From assembly GCA_027923505.1 (NCBI GenBank), contig BROI01000038.1, forward strand, positions 1 to 64,000: 64,000 bases of DNA, read 5' to 3'. This DNA is from Mayamaea pseudoterrestris. Taxonomy: Eukaryota. Below are positions 57,696 to 64,000 of the stretch, piece by piece (position 1 is the first letter of the stretch; each line of letters begins with the position of its first letter). The notes under the pieces were generated by a model. The model was not told the origin of the DNA. It ran no database searches and saw nothing but the letters and a program-made list of their open reading frames with translations. Position numbers and translations under genes: made by a program.

Positions 57696-57992
57696 GATGC
57701 AGTTGTTGACTGTAAATGGGAAATGCGTCTTGGATGCAATGCAGACTTCTTGTTCGCGCGGTTCATGGCGCGGAACGCAAGCGAAATGGATGGAATGAGT
57801 CGCGCTGCGATGAAATGACCGGCATAAGAAAATCTTGACACGACTGAAAAGGCAATAGTATCAAATTGAAACCGCTACGACGTGTGACAGCTTCAACTTG
57901 TCGCGGATCCGCCCATCACCATGATCCATGAACATCATCCATCGACTCGGTCGCTCATTCACCTCCATCACCTCCATTACAATCTCACCACC

Positions 57993-58691
57993 ATGACGCA
58001 ATTTTCTCTGCTACTTGCTCTCATAATGCTAATGAACCCCATTATCGATGCCTTTGTAACGCCATCTCCGCCATGTCCAGCTCTTCATTCTCATTCTTCT
58101 GCAAGCAGAATTCAAAGTCAATGGCGAACAAGAAACGCACAAGCGATTACTCCCTCTTCAATGAAAATGTCTCCCATAACCAACGCAGTCTCTGATACAA
58201 TCATGAGTAATATGGTTAGCAGTTCCTCGATGTGGATATCAACAATCGACGCCGATATTGCTAATTTATCCGACAATGAATTTGCTCCCATTTTCGCTGG
58301 CGGAATTCTCGTCATGTTTGGAGGCTTGCTCAGCGCTATTATTGTTGGAACGATTGTCGATCAAAAGAATTTATATGCTACCATCGTTGCTGAGTCGTAT
58401 GCTCAGGGTGACGAAGATGATCAAGAGTTCTGGAAGGGACTCTCAGAGGAAGAAAAGCGCAAGACGCAAGAATTATTGAAGAAAATTAAGGAAAATGACA
58501 ATCGAGGAGCCTCTAATGGATCAGCACCAGCAACAGCAGCGTCATCTGTGCCTTCCTCATCTACTGCTGCCTCGTCCGAAACGGTGACTGCATCATCAAA
58601 GGCAGCAGCTCGACCAGCAGCTGCTACAACGGCCAAGACACCAGAAAAGACTGAGCAGTCGGAGGAGATTGACATATTTAGCGACTACTAG
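57993..58691 (+). CDS. Putative plastid-targeted single-pass membrane protein
   Basis: Signal peptide ending IDA-FVTP, an S/T/R-rich transit peptide and one TM helix (IFAGGILVMFGGLLSAIIVG). Confidence 0.75.
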   Translation: MTQFSLLLALIMLMNPIIDAFVTPSPPCPALHSHSSASRIQSQWRTRNAQAITPSSMKMSPITNAVSDTIMSNMVSSSSMWISTIDADIANLSDNEFAPIFAGGILVMFGGLLSAIIVGTIVDQKNLYATIVAESYAQGDEDDQEFWKGLSEEEKRKTQELLKKIKENDNRGASNGSAPATAASSVPSSSTAASSETVTASSKAAARPAAATTAKTPEKTEQSEEIDIFSDY

Positions 58692-58826
58692 GAAAGTCAA
58701 TTATAGCGTAGTTACTAGACAACGTAACTTGTGCTTTAATAATTGCTAAACGTATACATGTAAGTTAGCCTTCCCGAGTCAGTAAGATCGCATTCATTGT
58801 CCGCTACCACCGCACCAACCATTCCT

Positions 58827-60915
58827 TTATCCGTCTCGATTGCGCAAGAAGTGATCACAAACTGACAGCAGCTGCGTCGAATTCGTCTTTTGCGCCACAC
58901 TCAGAACCGACTCAACAGTATCCTCATTAATATACTTTTGGAGCATGCTTTCACACAACTGCTTCAAGTGATCGAGGAAAAAGCGGTCGGCTAGCTCGAG
59001 CATTTCCACCAATCGAACCACCGTTGCGTCTTGATCATTGTCACCATTTCCGGCCGCAGCTGTTGGAGTCGACTCATCCATTTTCAAGTGACCCGTGTAG
59101 ATGTATTCCATCAGCGACAAAAAACCTCCGTGCGTGCAGTCGGGTATCTCAATTTCGGCAATGTCCGCCTCGCGAAAGCCAGTGGTAAACATGGCGCGAA
59201 AGCAGTCCGAAACCAGCGACAATACCATGCGATGCCCGTAAACACGCTGTCCTTGGACAACAAAGGTAACGTCGGAAAATTCCTCATCATTGAAAAAGTG
59301 TCGGAGCCGACGTTCAACCAGCTGAAGCGATGTTGGTTCGTTTACAATGGCGTGTGGTGGCGGGTCAGTGTCTAGCACAAAGAAGTCGTTCAAGTAGTCG
59401 CTGCCACAGCTGCCACCAAACACAAAGATTTTGCGATTCACTGCCGTGGCAGTATGTCCGGCTCTGCGTATCAAACGAGGTGCGATGAGTCAGAATCTGC
59501 ATCGATCCGTACAGTTTCGTCAATTAGACAACATACCTTCGACCAGGTCCTTGCCCTTGTATCATTACTAATGGCACAGTGTCTTCATCGTTTGGATTGG
59601 GCGACGCATGAAAGGAATTTCTCGGCAAGGCCGCCATGTCTCGAGACCTCCAGTCAGTCCTTCGCGACGACATGAATGACCCGGGCCCTTCTTGCGTGGA
59701 CCCTTGCTGGTGTGCATTGTAAAAGGCGCCTGCGTCTTGCTGGTGATAATGATGAAAATTGTCATATCCTCCTTGTTGGCCTTCCGATCCACCATCATAG
59801 TCGCCACCATGTCCAAATGCATTAGAACTCGCGCGATCGTTTTCGTACATGTTTGGCCCACCAAACCGAAAAATACTCTCATCCGTCTCGTAGTGAATCC
59901 CATTGTCGTTATGGCTGTTACTGCTATTGTTTCCTCCGCGATTGCGACCAGCGTCCGTATCAGCATCCTGCGTAACATCCAACCAAGCCATTTCCTGTCG
60001 ATCCAAAATCTGCAAGTCCTGAAAGCACTTGGCCGACGTTCCTGATCCTCCAAAAAGAAACAAGCGTCCTCGCAATGCCGTCAAGGTCATGCCAGCCCGT
60101 GGATGCGGCAAGACTCCGCCGACGCGTGGACAGGTCCAAACATTCGTGGCAGTGTCCAGAATGTGAATATCGTTGAGCCGCTCCCCTCCGTTCCAGCCGC
60201 CAAAGATGAACAATTCCCCAGTTTCCTCCAGCATGGCACTACTATGATTCGCTCGCTGCTGTGGAATAGCTCCGGTTGTTTCAACTCGACTCCAAGTGTA
60301 CGTGTCAACATGCAGCGCATGCAAGTCGTTCAAGTATTCGCGTCCATTGCCACCTCTGAATACGTAAACACTTCGCTTCGCTTTGCAAAAGTCTGCCGAA
60401 TGCATGTTACAGGCACCAGGTGGATTGCCGCGAACCGCTGGTTGGTACCACTGAAGCTGCCTTCCGCCTGCCGAGATTTCCAAAACGTGACAGTCACTTG
60501 CTGCGAGAGGACCTGTTCCAAGCCAGCCGCCAATAATGATAATGCGGGCGCGTTCCGTAGCATCCTCATCGTCAGGATCAGTCGCCAATGTTGCAGAATG
60601 TCCATTACGGCCCGGAGGAGGCGTGCCGTGGACCATGACAGGAGCAGTCGAATCGTTATTGTTATTGTGCGCATGATGTTGATGGGCATTCAAATTGAAT
60701 CCATTACTTCCAATAACTCCATCCGTATTTCCTCCAGCTTGAAGCGTCTTCATCCATCTCTTGTCCGCAATGGAATACAACCAGAGTGCATTGTGGTTAC
60801 GCCGGCCGTCGTAGCCTCCAAAGCAGTAGAGGTAATTCTTAAAATGAGTCACGGAATGGTTCTTGATCTCGTGAGCCGACGTCAAGGAGCTTGCTTCCTC
60901 CGACCATCGCATCAT
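58827..60915 (-). CDS. Kelch-repeat plus BTB/POZ protein (LZTR1-like architecture), 2 exons (60915-59537, 59463-58827)
   Basis: Kelch motifs (LYCFGGYDG, GRNGHSA, LFIFGGWNG, RAGHTA..IFVFGG) and BTB motif FSDVTFVVQGQRVYGHRMVLS...FRAMF. Confidence 0.92.
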
Positions 60916-61478
60916 CTTGTCAAGTGAGATTCAATTGAAATTTTTCTTTCCAAGTCGTCAAGAGAAGCAGAGTAATCAGTTGAAAGGTAGAAAATATCTT
61001 GCAGAGTGCGCTTCTCAAAAAGACCTGTTGATTGTGCTGTTGCTGCGACGCTTGTCTACCTGACGACGAATGCAGATTGCTGTTGAACCTGATTTATTTC
61101 GAGGCCTTGTTGTTCAAGAAATAATACACTTCGGAATAATCAATCAAGGCAAATAACATGAAAATTTGAGGGATGGCATCAGTTGCAGACGCGTGAGATT
61201 CTCTCCATGGTGGACGACCGTGTTCTCTGGCTGCATGCGAGTCACACGGAGAGCCGGTACCGGTGCGATGCGATGCCTTACTATTGTTGTTTCCGCCTGC
61301 TACCTGCTCATTGATGAGATTGCCTTTACTGTAGCTAATACTCCTCATACACCTGAGAGCATGATAGAGTATGTGTTTTGGCAGTCTGGTAAGGTACACA
61401 GCTCCACTATAGCCATAATGAAGCACAAGTATAATATCACATTCATCCTTTCAATTATTGGTAGCATATATCAAACGT

Positions 61479-62903
61479 CTATTTCTTAATGTTCTTCTTG
61501 ATCTTTCCCTTGACGTTAGCCTTGGGGTCCTTGCTTGCGTTCATGGCGAGCGAGTACAACAAGGTTCCGGCAATCGCCACGGACGAACCAACAATGGATC
61601 CTGTGCTCATTGGCGTCTTGAAGGCAATCACCGAAGCAACAATAATGACGACACGTTTGATGGTGTTTCCAACCGCATGTGTCACAGGGTTAACCTTGCC
61701 GAGCGCCAAAAAGGCAACCTCATTGTAGGCGTAGTAGGTCAAACCGCTCATGGCTAGTAGCAACGAAAGACCCTTTTGTGTGTACTTGCCGCTCGAAACC
61801 ACCTTGCCAAAGGCCGAGACCGCACCGGTACCTTCCACAGCCAGCGTGAGTGGAATGAGAATGGCCGTCGACATGGCAGTCAAGACGGCGTACAAGTTTT
61901 GCGCATCCAAGTTTTCGCCAATCTTCTTTCCCGACATGGTCTTCTTGCTCAACACGCCACGAGCAGCCGAACTAACGTTGGAAAGCATGGCGGATCCGAG
62001 TGCGAGCCATGTGAAGGATAATTCCTTGAGCGAGGCAATGGCGACACCTCCAATAATGGGAAGCAACGTCAGGTAGACTGGCGTTGGCAAGATCTGGTTC
62101 AGAAAGGCCGCGTTCAACACGCAGGTAACGACTGGTTCGGACGCCTTGACAATGTGCGCAAAGGAAACGGCACCGGCGCCCAAGGCAATGACGGCACCAA
62201 CGTGCACTCCGGTGTGGCAAAGAGCAATGGGCAGCAATGTCTTTAAATCGTTAAAGCTCAACTTGGGTGCCTTGCGAATGCCGAGAACCCAGAGTGGAAC
62301 AAAGTAAAAGATACCAATCGCCATTTGAATGGTTGCCACCGTCCATGGGTAGTCTAAAACATTGAGGGATTGCTTGTTGTAAATGTTGTAAGCAATGTTA
62401 AACAAGTACCAGAGCGCAAAGTAGGATGCAGTCTGGAGAGTGTCCTTCAAGCCCGAGTCCAACAGTTCCTTGTTGGTGTTCTTAATGTTCTTGTTGTTGT
62501 TATTGTTTCTGGCGCCACCTGCATCAACCGAAAGAGCCAAAGCAGTCGGTGATGATAGTTTACTGATTAGAAATGGTAATGTTGGGTAGAGAGAGAGTGT
62601 GAGTGACGAGAGAAATGTGACAGCGACTAGCGTTGCGAATCGCTCTCAACAGCAGAATCACAGAGTCATCGCTGACTTGACATGTGCGAGACTGGCATGC
62701 AGTTATACCAGACTCTAGCAAAACCATGTATATATAACTTACTTGCTGCTATTGGGCAGAAAGGGACGCTGGACGCTCGACTGACGGTGCGTTGAAGCCG
62801 TCACGCCCGTCTTGGAGGGAGACGTCGCAAAGGCCGATGCTCCGGCGACACCAACGACTGTCAGAAGCAGCAAGAATACTCGTGGCTTCATCATCGTCAT
62901 CAT
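61479..62903 (-). CDS. Plastid triose-phosphate/phosphate translocator family protein, 2 exons (62903-62743, 62562-61479)
   Basis: Bipartite presequence with ASA-F. Motifs YFALWYLFNIAYNIYNK, AVSFAHIVKASEP and PVTHAVGNTIKRVVIIV. Confidence 0.93.
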
Positions 62904-63507
62904 GTTGTTATTGCTGTAGTATACTAAAGCAGAAACAGTATAGTACGCACTGACTGTCACAATGAAACAAGTTGCGAATCTCTTGCTTGGATCGGAGGGC
63001 AAGAAGCCTCATCGTCGCAAAAGGCGCGGCGGTGAGAACAAACGTCAGTCGTCGAATGTCGAGGGTTAAGGTTATGCAAATTTGCGCGCGAAACTGTTCC
63101 CAGTGATGCTGCGACATGAAGTTCGACCTCCACTTGGATCGTTCGAAACCGCACAAACGAGTGATCGCGCTTGTCGATAAGCCATCACCCTGTTACACTT
63201 TCTTACAAGCTACAACATTTTCAAAGCAGAAGAAGAAAATTAAGCTTGGGTTGCGACATAAGAAGAAGGAAGTGAAGAATAGGCTCGACATCATCTCATT
63301 AGTTCACATCATTCTCATCATTAAATACGCCTTGCCATCATGCGACTCGGCATTCCACCAAAAAAGTCTCGCTCCAAACAATCTGCAGCTGCCGAGCAAG
63401 ACAAGAAACCTCAGCATATTAGCAGTGCAACGATAATTGGTCAGGTGTCGCTGGATTTGACCAAGACTATTTATGAACCATTGATCAGGGAGGTCGCAGC
63501 CAAGCAA

Positions 63508-64000
63508 ATGGAGGATTATGCGGTTCTTCTCGCGGAACATGAAGATGCTGCTGCAGTGAAGGACGAGACGAGCGACGCGGAGATTGGAGCAGACGGTTCA
63601 ACAGTAACGAATCAATCAAGCCAAATTCCCCCAGAACCTCTCTTTTCGTCAACGACAGTCTTGCATGACTTGCTCGAGACTCTTCAGGAGACATCGGATC
63701 ACTTTTTCCCTGCGACTACCTCCAAAACTAAAGTAGCAGGTGGTTACAAGGTGTATGCCAATGCCGCAAAGTTTGAGCGCATGCTGGACGAAAAGTATGG
63801 AATTCTTCGTCCATTCATTACGCAGCATCCGCAGATTGAAAGAACGATTCGATCACTGCAGCGACAATACAGTATGGGACAGTGGAGTCCGATTCGAAAC
63901 TCACCTCCACCCATTCCACGATCAACGTCAATAATCATCTTGTTCATGATGCAGCGGGGTGGAATGCAGTGGCAAGTCTTGCTGCTGACTAGTTTGTTGT
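63508..64000 (+). CDS. 5' part of an unknown protein, truncated by the window edge
   Basis: The frame is open from ATG 63508 (MEDYAVLLAEHED...FERMLDEKYGILRPFI...WQVLLLTSLL) to the end of the window. Confidence 0.75.
   Translation, partial: MEDYAVLLAEHEDAAAVKDETSDAEIGADGSTVTNQSSQIPPEPLFSSTTVLHDLLETLQETSDHFFPATTSKTKVAGGYKVYANAAKFERMLDEKYGILRPFITQHPQIERTIRSLQRQYSMGQWSPIRNSPPPIPRSTSIIILFMMQRGGMQWQVLLLTSLL

Overview
Eukaryotic sequence, almost certainly a diatom. The evidence is short GT-AG introns, ASAF-type bipartite plastid presequences and LCIB-like theta carbonic anhydrases. The first ~7.7 kb is three different satellites joined end to end with no spacer, all with ~170-180 bp monomers: a 352-bp dimeric unit, a 169-bp unit with a 676-bp higher-order duplication and two hairpins per unit, and a 168-bp unit. 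Their variant sites are biased towards CpG decay. The rest is a compact gene region with about 23 genes, including a SET protein, a PUF protein, a two-domain dCMP deaminase, Sec61-gamma (absent from the ORF track), a GDP-fucose transporter, NOT2, GluRS, two theta-CAs, a GPR107-like protein, a SNAP25-like SNARE, an IscA-like protein with no cysteines, Kelch-BTB and a plastid TPT. A gene-poor 12.4-kb block (~28.0-40.4 kb) is bracketed by two oppositely oriented arrays of the same 42-bp repeat. It contains NOT2, an LRR-like gene, a HisRS gene fragment and much decayed sequence, so it is a candidate large foldback/Pack-type element. Three single-base frameshifts at homopolymer runs are probably long-read errors. 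All protein family calls come from motif recognition, not from database searches.
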